Source: Guillardia theta CCMP2712
Taxonomy: Eukaryota; Protista; Cryptophyta
Reading direction: 5' to 3'
DNA: 64,000 bases
Assembly (NCBI RefSeq): GCF_000315625.1
Contig: NW_005434552.1
Location: 112,127 to 176,126, forward strand
Of this stretch, positions 52,578 to 64,000 are shown piece after piece. The notes beneath the pieces were generated by a model. The model did not search any database. It was not told the DNA's origin and was given only the letters and a program-made list of their open reading frames with translations. Position 1 is the first letter of the stretch; every line of letters starts with the position of its first letter. The position numbers and the translations under genes are program-made.

Positions 52578-52632
52578 ACAGACAGGCAGGCAGGCAGGCA
52601 GACAGACAGGCAGGCAGGCAGGCAGACAGACA

Positions 52633-52665
<33 letters not shown>

Positions 52666-53574
52666 ACAGGCAGGCAGGCAGACAGACAGACAGAGCTGGG
52701 GCATGAATGTACTCTCTCCTCTCTCACACACATCTTAAGACTGACCCTCGTCACCTTCGGTCATCTCTGCCTCCGTCCTCTCGTGACCACGCATGCTTGT
52801 CTCCTTCCTACACTTCTAGTCCGTCTCTGCTTCATGCTTTCATCTTCATGCGGCAACAAGCTCTTCTCGATCGCTCCGCTCTCTTCCCTCTCGCAGGATG
52901 TGCATGGCAAGCAATACGAGCACGAGGCCACATGTCTACTCTGATGAGGGACGCGGGGAGCAAGAAGCCCGAGAGACAACGTGGAAGAGTGAGGGTAAGA
53001 GGGAGGGGTGAAATGAAGAGCAGGCTGAAAGGGGAGGATTCAGAGAAGCGCACAACACGTGATCTTGTAAAAGATGTTTCTTTGTGAGAGTAAATCTCAT
53101 TATCGCATGCATCTTTCTGTCTCTCTTTCACACACAGGAAATGTCGATTTCCTCCTTTGTCTTTCAACTTCACTTTCGCGCTCGCTCGCTTTTTCGCTCT
53201 TCTTCTATCAGCCTAATGCAAAATCCCTTCTTGCTCACCTCGTCCTCTCCCTTCTCTCTCCTCCCTCTCCCTCCTCCATCAGCCCATGCAGCCTTCCATC
53301 ACGCTCTGATCGCGTTGAGCGAGATCGCCTGACGTCGCTGTGCATGATGCGATCGCTGACCCGCTGCTGCTGTGATCTGCATGTGACTTCCAGGCCTGCC
53401 ATGAGACAGAGGATGCAGCACGAAGATACCGGGACCGCCTCGCACCCTCCGATTCTCATTATGCAATCAGACAAATACATGTAAATGCACCACACGGCAT
53501 CCTTGAGGAAATGCAGAGATGAAAGGGAGATAGCTTCACAGCTTCTTCATTACATCCAGAATACATCTACTTCA
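48128..53574 (-). repeat. Right arm of large inverted repeat (several N gaps; holds the empty TE site)
   Basis: Reverse complement of the left arm minus the retroelement. Confidence 0.95.
48429..49386 (+). CDS. Inferred second RWP-RK gene copy (right arm), mostly in an N gap
   Basis: Sequence on both sides of gap 48429-49354 mirrors the left copy: the 5' region at 48128-48428 and the 3' end ...LSCEDEEEM* at 49355-49386. Confidence 0.65.
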
Positions 53575-54484
53575 TCTCATACCCCCTACACACGCACACA
53601 CGCACGTACACTACTATTTCGAGACTTGTTAAATCACAACAGCAGCTCCAAACAGACAAGGTGTTCAGGTTTGATCACGCAAACTTCATCATTTTGCTCT
53701 GCGACATGTAGAGCTCTTGCTCTGCACACCAAAGTCTCTCCTAATCACCTCAACCCTCTTAGACGTTGTATCATCTGTTCACTGTTCTACGAGTAGCTTC
53801 GTCAACGCCTACAACTTTGGTACTGCTCTTCTGTGTTGTCATTAATGACCCAAGTGCTCTAGTGCGGAAAAAAGAAAGAAAGCTCTCATCGATAAAGGAG
53901 AGTCTTTGCTGTCTGCACTCGTAAGTGATCTGTTCTCGCCTTTCTACTGCAATCGGTAATCTACGCTGACTGTTCATGCTAGTTTGTAGATCGAACGAAC
54001 AAAAAGTTCTACAGTTTGTCAATTCAACAGAGCAAAGATCAGCATCAACAACCACCAAAGTGTAAAAAGAGCTCAAATCGACAACAGAACAAATCATTTC
54101 AACCCGGTAGACATGCTCTCCTGCATTTTGAACCACTTCCCTTCGATTGAACATCGGACCCCCAATCACACCAGGTTTTCTGTTGCCTTCCATGTTCGCT
54201 CAGCGTCGAGGAGTTCGAGGGCAGCAGGGACACAAAGAAGCGATGTGAGGAGAGGAAGAGGAAGGAGTGAGAATGGCTGCAGGTCCGCAGGAGAGGAGAA
54301 CGGGACTAGCTGCTGCTCGTGAAGGGCGAAAACTATTCGCCCCCGCTTGCCCTACCACCGGTGGGCTCACAGTCAAATGTCTACCTACCCTATACATCCA
54401 CTGCAATTCATAAGAAAAAGTACCGGTACTGGCGGCGGTATGCGGGCCCAGTACCATTCAATCACACAGTCATGACCAAGGGCA

Positions 54485-55340
54485 TTTGAAAAAAATTCAC
54501 CCCCGCGCGTTCGGACTTCGCCGACGCGGCCACAACTCGGAAGTTCTTCAACGGAAGTTCGGCGGCCCGACCCGGCCCGGACTGTCACGGGCCGGGCCGA
54601 GTCCGGCCCCATGCCGGCCCCGCCGCCGACTCGGTACGGTCTGTCGGCCCGGACAGTGACTCAGCCGGGCTGCGAGTCCGATCACTGCCCGGGGCCCGGG
54701 CCGGGGCGGCGGCGGGCCGGGCGGCCGCCGCCGGCCGCCGCCGCAAATTTGGCAAATTCGGACTCCGGGGGGCCCGGCCGATTGAACGGTTGCGGCCACC
54801 GTGGCTCCGTGTGATCGGACCGCGCGGCCCGGCCCGGCGGATCGTTCGACACAGCGGCGGGGGGCCGGGGTGAGCACCGGGCGGCCCGGCAACTTCGTGT
54901 ACCGTGACTCTGTGATGCCAAGGCCCGCCTCCCAGGCTCACGGCCGCCCCGGCCCGCCCGCCGGTGGCGGGCCAGGCCCCTGCGGCCGGGCCCGGCTTAA
55001 GTCCTCCAGGCTTGCCGCTTGAACCGTTGAACGGCTGTGGCGGCCAGCACCGTGGCAGTGGCTTTAAGTTGCTACTTGAAGTTGCAGTGCAGTTACGACT
55101 CCGACGGCGGCCCGCCGCCGGTCGCCGGGCGGCCGCCCGGGGGCGACCCGGCCCGGGGCCGCCCGGCCGGTCACGGCCGCCGTCGGAGCGGCCGGCGCCG
55201 GCCCGGCCCTGCGGTTGGACACGGTGACCCGGGACCGTACCGTCGGACTCCGGGACTCGACTGACTCACCGTGAGTTACTCCGGCCCGCCGGCGGCCCGC
55301 CGGGCCCGCGGGCCGGCCCGGTCCGGGGGCCCGGCGGTGT
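54485..55340. other. Second very GC-rich palindrome-dense block
   Basis: Same motif vocabulary as 34835-35525. Begins with aaaaaaattcacccc, the reverse complement of the 35491 motif. Confidence 0.7.
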
Positions 55341-56258
55341 GAACTTGACTTACGGTACTTACTACTGTCTTTTTTTTTTATTTTAGAACTGTAAGATGAT
55401 TATGGGTTGGTGGTCCTTCTAACAAGGGTAGGTAGGGATAATACAAGTACCGGTACTTTTGAAAGGAAGAAGGGGGGTTATATACTGTAATTTATCATAA
55501 CAAGCGGGTGGGGTAGGAATGGAACAAAAAGCACTAGGTACCTGTTTGTTGCGAGGGTAGGGTACATACGATGTATACCTGGGTGGGGTCATCTATTGTA
55601 TGTTTCCGCACGTGTGCCAAGGTGATGGTGGGGTACCATCACATGTAGGGTAGGTGAAGATATTATGAGATGTAAATGGTATCGGGGGTGGTATATTGTG
55701 AAAAGGGTGGGGGTACTCGGGTATGGGGTAGGTAGTGACTTGAGCGTTCTTACGGGGTGGGGTATGTAGCAAAATGGGGTGCAATCTGACTAGGGGTGGT
55801 GTTGTATAGTCAGGAAGCTACGCAATGGCACTGTGAATCATGAAGGCTGCAAGGAGGAGGAGGAGGAGGAGGAGGAGGAGGAGCAGCAGCAGCACGAAGG
55901 AGAGATGAGGTTGAGGAGATAGTTGAGAACATGGCAGAGATGGTAGAACGAAGATGACATATACTGCAAGAAAGTAGATCAAACTCGTGCATTTCGAAGA
56001 AACCCCATGATGAATATGAACGAGAGCGAGAATGTCGATGAATTGAGCGGATTGATACTGAATCAACATCGCAGGTCGATGGAATATAGCCTGTGATCAT
56101 TATCTTTCAGCTTGTCACGCAGAGAAGAGAAGAAAATACAACCCCAAGTGTATTTCACACAGCGGGTCTCCGTGGATACAGAATTTTGACAGGTTTCTCT
56201 TGAGGGTGACACATCATCGCGAGTAGTACAAGTTCGAACACGATTGCAGGAGGTCAGA

Positions 56259-57891
56259 ATGGTGAGGTTTGGAGAGATGTTCAAAGATCTTGTCTTTGCT
56301 GATTGGGCAGAGGGATATATCATGTACCACCATCTCAAGCCTCTCGTCAAGAGAGTAGGGTTGATCATGGGAGACCGGGACCGGGTGGCGAACCTACGGT
56401 TTGTGCAGAGGGGCCAGGAGGATGCGGAAGAGGCGTTCTGGCTGGCCCTGGAGCAGGAGATCGGGAAGGCCAACAACTTCTACCAGGTCCAGATGAAGAG
56501 GGTAGAGGAACAGATGTCAAGCATAACGTGGGAGATGGACAAAGTGAAGCGGCTGCAGGAGGTCCTGATTGACGAGGGGCTCCTGACTGACTTCCTTCCC
56601 AACGGCCTCTACGGCCCCAAGACGCTGGACGCCATGGCGAGGTACAAGGGGACGGTCGAGCTGCCCGATGCTTCTCCTGCCTCGCTCGACGAGATCGCCA
56701 ACTTCTATGCTACCCTTGACAGGCTGCAGGAGTTTGTGATCCTCAACTACGTCGGTGAGCTGATCGATCTGCTTGCTTCCTCCTTCTCACCTCCCTGCAG
56801 TCATCGCCAAGATCGTCAAGAAGTACATCAAGAACGCCAAGTCCGACGCCATGCGGGTCAGGGTGCTGGACTTGCTGCCCAGCTGGCAGATCTTCGCCAC
56901 TCCAGGGCTGGTTGACCTCATGTGCAAGGCGGAGGCGCTGGTGGCAGGAGACGTGGCGGTGGGGACGGCGAGGGTGATGGAGGGAGAGGCCTGGATCGAG
57001 AGCAGAGTCATCTACAGCCGCATCATGTCACTTGCCGCTCGAGCAGAGAAGGAAGTATCGTTTCCTCCTCTCCCCTTCACCGTCTACTCGCGCTCCAAGC
57101 TCGACATGGAACCGCAGCTGCAGTGCGCTAGTGTTGCAGAGGACTGCCTCACAACAGCCCTCAAGGAGTGCCAGAGCCCGGTGGCTCACCCGGCAAGGAC
57201 CAGGAAGAAGGAGGGGTGGTCGTCCACCCATCTGTCGCAGGACCCCGTCCTGTGACGCACGAGGTCGTGGGGAAGCAGCGAAAGGTGTACAAGGTTGCGC
57301 TAACAGGAGGGCCGTGTGCTGGGAAGACAAGCTCGCTGACCAGCATCGCCGACTACTTCAGAGGGCTGGGATGGCGAGTGTACGTGGCTAAGGAGTCAGC
57401 ATCGATCGTGCTAGGAGGAGGAGTCAACTTTGCCAACCTCAACTCGGAGCAGATCTTTGAGGTGCAGCTCGCGATTGTGAGGAATATGATGACGCTGGAA
57501 AGCTCGTACGAGGCCATCTGCATGGCGAGCGATCAGGGGGAGAAGTGTATGGTTGTGTGCGACCGAGGTATCATGGACGCGTCTGTCTACTGCGATCATG
57601 CCACATGGATGAGGGTGATGGAGAGCGTCGGGTTGGATCACTCGAGCGCGTGCGATGCGAGGTGAAGGAGGAGGAGGAGGAGGAGGAGGAGGAGAAGGAT
57701 AGAAAAAGATTATGCTGCTGCTGCCGTTGGTGCTTGTGATGGTGATGGAAGCTTTTATGACGGGACATGTTCGATGGTCTCGTGATTCATGTGATGATCA
57801 ATGCTTGGCAGGTATGATGGGGTCTTGCACTTGGTTACAGCAGCTGATGGAGCAGAAGAACATTACAACTTGGTGAGAAGATGTCAACAAT

Positions 57892-57927
<36 letters not shown>

Positions 57928-59610
57928 TCCTCCTCCTCCTCCTCCTCCTCCTCCTCCTCCTCCTCCTCCTCCCCGCTCCGTCGCTCCGTCGCTCCGTCGC
58001 TCGCTCGCTCGCTCGTGCTTGTTCTTGTGCTCCTGTACTCCCAGCTCTTGGTGATGACGATGCTCGCTTCCTCTGACCTCTCCCCCTCCTCATCCTCCGC
58101 AGGAGAGCAACACCGAAGGGGTCAGGACGGAAACGGCGGACCAGGCGCGGCATCTCGACAAGAAGACTCACTCAGCATGGCGCTCGCACCCCTGGCTCAC
58201 CTTCATCGACAACTCCACCGACTTCAACAACAAGGTCAAGAGGGCAGTCGCCGCCATCTGCGGCATCGTCGGCGAGCAGGCGCCCAACTGGACGCTGAGG
58301 AGGAGAAAGTTTCTTGTTTCCTCGGCAAACTTGCGGCAGAGTGGGCTAGACGTGACTACCTCGGACTGCGACTACACGTACCTCGTGAGCACGGACGGGA
58401 AGCAGCATCGGCTGAGGAGGAGGGTGGCGGACGGAGGCGTGCTCTACACACACATCAAGAGGAGCGTCAATGAGAGGGGGGAGACTATGGACGTCAAGTG
58501 CAACATCGATCGCAGGAGCTACCTCGAGCTCCTGTCCCACCAGGACCCCGATAGACTTCCCATCCGCGTTGTCCGACAGGTCCTCCACCTACTCCTTGCC
58601 CCTCCTCCTCCTCCTCTTGCTCCTCCTCCACCACCTTTTCTCTCTCCTCCTCCTCCTACCGCCTTGTCCCCTTCCCTTCCCATGCATCCCTCTCCTCCTT
58701 CCTGTTCCCGCCCGCTCCTCGTACACCAGCACTTCCCTGTCAAGCTATCTCGTCATCCCTTCCTCCCTCCCTCCGCCTTCTCTCCTCTTCCTCCTCTTCA
58801 TTCACATCGTCTCTCACTTTTCTCCTCCTTCATTCAGACGTTTGTCTGGAAGAATCGTCACTTCTGTCTCAACAACATCTTATGCGCTGCCCCCTCATCC
58901 AACGACCGCCAGGTAGTCCAACCGTAGCCTTCCTCCCCTCCCTCCCTCCTTTTCCTCCCCTCCCTCTCCCCGTTTCCTCCCCTCCCTCGACTTTCTCTGC
59001 TCTGCTCTGCTCTGCTCTGCTCTGCTCTGCTCTCACTCTCTCAGCAGTCCCCGAGAGCCTTCGGCAGCATCACTATCTTGAACTGCTGGTGTGAGGATGA
59101 CGCCAACCTGATCCTCCCACCTCCTGAAGTGAGACCCTCCCTCCCTACCCCCGCCCTTCCCTTCCTCCTCATGCAGCTGATCGACTGCTGGGCTAGGTTG
59201 TCCAGATGGAGAAGGAGGTGACAGGAATGCTCGAATACTCCCTCTTCTACCTCTCACAAGTCAGTTCCTCCTCCTCCTCNNNNNNNNNNNNNNNNNNNNN
59301 NNNNNNNNNNNNNNNNNNNNNNNNNNNNNNNNNNNNNNNNNNNNNNNNNNNNNNNNNNNNNNNNNNNNNNNNNNNNNNNAAGTCCAGTTCCTCCCTTCCC
59401 TCCTCCCCTTCCCCCTCCCCCCTCCTCGTCCTCCCCCTCCCCCTCCCCCTCCCCCTCTTCCTCCTCCTCGCCCTTGTCCTCGTCCTTCTGTACCCCCCCC
59501 TCCTCCTCCCCCTCCTCTGTTCTCATCGCTTTGCTTTTCTCTTCATTTTTCTGGTTTTTCTTAGACTTGAGCAGGTCAATCCCAACAAGCTCAAGGAAGC
59601 AGGAAGTTGA
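56259..59610 (+). CDS. SPX domain (with PG_binding_1-like insert) fused to TTD14-like P-loop (AAA_28) and CYTH-like domains
   Basis: SPX: MVRFGE...WAEGYIMYHHLK...FWLALEQEIGKANNFY...LQEFVILNYV|VIAKIVKKYIKN. TTD14-like: VYKVALTGGPCAGKTS, VVCDRGIMDASVY, RYDGVLHLVTAADGAEEHY, IDNSTDFNNKV, RRKFLV, QHRLRRR, RQ|TFVWKNRHFCLN. Confidence 0.85.
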
Positions 59611-59669
59611 TGGAGGAGGAGGAAGAGGAGGAGGAGGAGGAGGAGGGAAGGGCGGTAGGGGTCCAAAGG

Positions 59670-60135
59670 CTAGGGGTGACGAGGTCCGAGAATCAAAGCC
59701 TCGGCAAACATGGTTTCCCTGCCGTCGTGATCACTGAAGAGGGAGGGAGAGCTGTGAAGTAGAGTTGAAGATTTGTGTTGTCAAAAGGAACGATGGAGGA
59801 GGACGAGGACGAGGACGAGGACGAGAAGGAGGACGAGGGTGAGAAGGAGTCACCTTGACTTCATCCGGGGATGGAACATGTCTGGATCTTTCTTGTAAAG
59901 TTCTGCAATCAACTCGTTCACCCACAACCCGTAGGCTCTCGAGCTCACCTTCTTTCCTTGCGCCCCATCCCACCACCATGGACGAGGTCAGCGGCTGCTG
60001 GGGTCTAAGCTTGGGGGGAGAGCAGGGGAGGAGGAGAGGGTCTCACCGTGGCGTACTTGTCTGTGGGATCATGCTTTGACCTCTCGTGCCTACGCATGTC
60101 AATCCTCAACCTGCATGTAGCGTCAGGAAATAATA

Positions 60136-60168
<33 letters not shown>

Positions 60169-61304
60169 ACCCCCCTCACTGCCTCCTCCCTCCTCTCGCC
60201 TCTTGCCTCACCCACCCCTACTCATCTTCCCCCCTCCTCCTCCACTCTCTCCCTCTGGTTTTCCCATCCTCATCCTCTTCTCTTGCCTCTCCTCCTCCCT
60301 CGCTTGCCGTTACCTCTCGTTCGACGTGTACTCCTTGCGGCGTATGGAGGACAGCAGCACTGACTCTCTTCCTCCCAGTGAGACCGAGTTCCCCATCGTC
60401 CTCGGATCGATCCATCGCACGTTCTCCGCATCCTGCCAAGTCTGAGAAGCTCCGCCAAGCAGGGAGGAAGAGGACTGCTCCAGGTCTGCACTCAGCTGCG
60501 GCTCAACCACGAACTTCGTGTCCTGTTGTATCATCGCTCTCGTCCTCTCCTCCGCCAGCAGCTCGTGCATGATGCGCAGGAGGTCCTCCTCCACCACTTC
60601 GTCGAAAGAAGTCCCTGAAGGCCTCCGTGAGCTCTATCCTCCTCCTCCCAATCATCATAATCATCTCCATCATCATCATCATCATCATCGCCGTCGTCGT
60701 CATCATCATCATCATCACCACCACCACCACCATCATCATCAGCATCGTCATCATCATCATCATCATCCCTCTTTCCCTCTTCCCTCTTCCTCTCTTCCAT
60801 CTTCTCTTCCTACCGTCCACCGTCTTGAGCATCTTTCGTTCGTCGTACCACGCGAGCATGGCGTCCGCCTCTTCGAACCAGGCCTCGTCCCCATCCTGAC
60901 GGTCACAATCATGCGCGCGATATGTTGAGGTACAGGAAAGAGCAATGGGGGAGGAGGGAAGGAGAGCAGGAGGGATTGAAGGAGAGAGCAAAGCAAAAGG
61001 AGCAGGAAGCTGGCGTTGGAGGAGGAGCAGGACGAGTAGCAGGAGCAGGACGAGTGGCGGCGGGGGCAGAGGCGGCGGGGGCGGGGGCAGCAGCAGCAGC
61101 AGCAGCAGCAGTGGTGGTGGGATGGAAAGATAAGCTCACGTCAATGAGGATGACATAGGAGAGCTTCTTCTTCTTCTTCTTCAGCGCTGCCTCAAGAGCC
61201 TCTGCCTCCTCCATCGTCCTCGGAAACCCTGCCAGCAGCCCCCCTCCCCTCCTCTCCACTGCGTCCGCCGCTGCCTCTGCGATCTTCTTGGGAGAGGTAG
61301 CCAT
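59670..61304 (-). CDS. Hypothetical protein with degenerate adenylate-kinase-like N-terminus and cilia-protein-like C-terminus
   Basis: GLLAGFPRTMEEAEALE...YVILID is AK-like. Later exons read KHDPTDKYAT|PLTSSMVVGW and ETMFAEALILGPRHP*. Confidence 0.5.
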
Positions 61305-64000
61305 GCTGGCGGGGAGGAGAGGGGAGGGAGGAGGAGAGGCTGTAGCAGGGAAGGGGGAGGGGAGGAGGGGGATGGGCAGCGCTGATCGAAGACGCTGAGC
61401 ATGCGAGGAGGCGGAGGCTCCCACAAGAACTACCAGCATGGCGGCAGTTGAGAAGTGCGCTCCCCTTTTGGTATGGGGGTAGGGTTAGGAGGACGACGGG
61501 TAGTGGAGGTGATTTTGATGGGATTTCATCTACTGTGAAAGTGAATAGTCGGGGTGGGGTCACCAAAATGGGGGTGGGGGTGGGGTTACTACCGTAACGA
61601 TCCCCCTCTAAAAGAAGGTAGAGGAAGCCTCGTAGAGGAGGGGGGAAGAACTTGTAGAGAGGGGCTGGGGGGGAGTGGAGGAGGAGCAGGAGGCGAAGGG
61701 CGAGGCAAGGAGTGCAGAGGGATAAGGGATGAACGAAGACAAGCAGGTATGAAAGTAAAGATGGAACTGTCAGATGAAATGCCTTAAAGGAAAAGAACGA
61801 GAAAATTAGAGATTGGTTTTTCTCCATTTCATTTCCAATAATGGGCAGATTATGCACAATCTTATTGACTTCCTTTCACTCTCATACTCGCAAGTTTCGT
61901 TTCCCTCCAATCTGCCATGACAGACATCAGCATGGAAAAAAAGACCATCGGTAGAGACAATAAACAGTTTCACAACATCAGAAGTCACTTATAATCATTC
62001 GGATCATCCCCGAAAGATGGTGTTTTTTTGTGATTGATTTCGTCGTTTGCAGTTCGCACAGCATCGTCATTATCATCATCTCTCTTCCTCACTCACCATC
62101 AACGTGTCGACCTTCGTCCTCCGGTCCCCCCCCTGGGTCTCCTAACCTGCGTTTTCAGACGTGAGAAGCGAGGAGGAGGGCGAGGAGGACGAGGAGGAGG
62201 AGGGGAGGAAGCGGGGGAGATGTCCAGTCCCTGATCGCCAGTGCATCATCGTCTTGCTAGCACTAGAGGTGTAGAGACCGACCCTTTCGCACGATCACGA
62301 GCCGCATTCGCCATGAGGTGGCTGGGCGGGGAGGGATGTGCTTGCTTGCGGGAGAGCAACCAGAAAGACATGAAGGGGAGCAAACAAGGCAGATGTACAA
62401 AGGAGCACATGTCTCGTCCCAGAACAATCCAGAATGTCATTGAGCAATCTCATGCCGGTGAAAGAAAGACGAGCACGTGTTGCACAGTCACGAGATGCCT
62501 TCACCATGCAGAGGTTCGGCATGGAGGGACGTGCGTCATGTGAAAACTCACAGGATCGCTACCTTGCAGTGTTGGTGCATCGAAGAGATAAGTAGAAGAT
62601 GAAGAGACTTTGTGTGAGACCTGCACGAAGCATGAGCGGCAAATCAGATCATCAGAGGCAGTTGTAGTGGTTCAGTGGCATCAGACAAAATAATCTTCTT
62701 GGGTGTCACGTATGATGAACGTGTACGAGGAATTCTCACTTCACATGCCGACAACAGGGAGAGGACATGCACAACACAGCGGCGAACCTCACCTTCACAT
62801 ACCCTGAACATTATGTTCAAAGCTCCACCCCGTCTCGATGTTCACTTCTCTTGGACAAGATCTGTTGGTGTCATATCAGGATCCTTCAAGGATGAGAGAG
62901 GATGTATGCGGAACACCAAGATGAAATCAAGAGAACATGAGATCATCAAACTAAATTCCACGAGTTATCTAGCATTCAAAACGACCAGATGCCATCATTG
63001 CGATGACACGCGATGGCTTTGGAGATACCGAATGCATGGGTAAGAATACACATCAACGTGTGCTTACCAACTCATGACTGTCTTGTCATCTCTTTTATCA
63101 TCATCTGAAACCTTGATGCGTCCCCTCCACGTTGACCATATTCGTTGCGTCCCTCGCAGCCGCAAGTTGTGTGACCTGTTACAGGTGTCAGGTGAACGAT
63201 AACAACATCTCTCTGCTAATGATTGAGGACAAGGCTCTTAGTGCGCCGGTGAAAGCAGTTTGTTTCCTCACTGACAGTCGGAGGGAGCGCATAGCTTCTT
63301 GGTCTCATCATCGAGCCTCCACCAATGCAAGAGAGGTCAAGGGCAGGTGCAGGGAATATGAGATCACGCGACAGGGGGCATCGACAGATAAATGTTGTGG
63401 AAGAGCAGGAAGAATAGCGGCTGAGCGGAGGCAGAGAGGAGGGTGAATAGAGGAGGTGAACAGAGGAGGAGCAGGAGGAGCAGGGGGAGCAGGGGGAGCA
63501 GGGGGAGCAGGAGCGGGAGCAGGGGGAGCAGGAGGAAAGAAGAATAATCGCCTCTCGTACCATTGCCGTAGATCCTCCACGTGCAGCAACTACCCACCCC
63601 CTTAGTGCATTTGCCCTTCAATCCCTCCCTTTCGACCCCTCCTTTTCATATGGTTGACCACCCCTTCTCTCCCAAAAAACGTGACCACCATCCAATTCAG
63701 GATGAATCCATGGGTGTTTGAGTAGGTAGGGGTACCCACGTTCTTCGATCATTGTCCCTCATACCGACCGCTGGTTTGTCACAGGCCCGCCCCGCTGCCC
63801 GCCCGCAGGCCCGCCCCGCCCTCATGTTCTAAAGCCCTCATACATGGAATGAGCGGGGATGAGGGCAATCTGAGTTGGACGTGACTCCGTTTGTCAGTAG
63901 TGACGTGCAGTATGAGGGTCGCAACGGGCATTGGAGGGGGTGGGGTGCTATGAGGGGGGTGAGATAGCATGGGGTGGGGTAGTGTGGACCTACGTGTGAG

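Noticed and set aside
36451-53574. Inverted-repeat centromere or foldback/TIR transposon
   Set aside because: The central spacer is only 325 bp, the arms carry genes, and I see no transposase or TSD at the outer ends.
54548-55264. Pro/Arg/Gly-rich ORFs in the GC-rich blocks (also 35111-35615)
   Set aside because: Several frames are open simply because of extreme GC content, and there is no domain signal.
62034-63563. Possible gene(s) at the window end (similarly 53771-54193)
   Set aside because: Only short ORFs with no recognisable motif or consistent exon chain, so I cannot support a call.

Overview
This is eukaryotic nuclear DNA with short GT-AG introns, many packed with microsatellites, and several N gaps. 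The style resembles a cryptophyte alga such as Guillardia theta (inference only). Most ORF-track entries are microsatellite or gap artefacts. Ordinary spliced genes include an Nsl1/Mis14-like kinetochore protein, an ankyrin protein, an EF-hand/IQ protein, a HERC-type RCC1-UBA-HECT E3 ligase and a SAM methyltransferase. Three loci stand out. (1) An essentially intronless 6.6-kb NLR-like STAND gene (7517-14148, minus) has an N-terminal Tox-HDC-like H/D/C protease-type domain, then NACHT, pentapeptide repeats and WD40 repeats. It also carries a near-identical internal WD40 duplication and a 1-nt frameshift. (2) A ~17-kb inverted-repeat structure (arms 36451-47802 and 48128-53574, 325-bp spacer) holds head-to-head copies of an RWP-RK transcription factor gene. 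A very young chromovirus (Ty3/gypsy) LTR retrotransposon sits in the left arm only, and GC-rich palindromic blocks bracket the whole structure. (3) A gene at 56259-59610 fuses an SPX domain, interrupted by a peptidoglycan-binding-like motif, to a TTD14-like P-loop plus CYTH-like module. All domain calls come from motif recognition by eye and need HMM confirmation.
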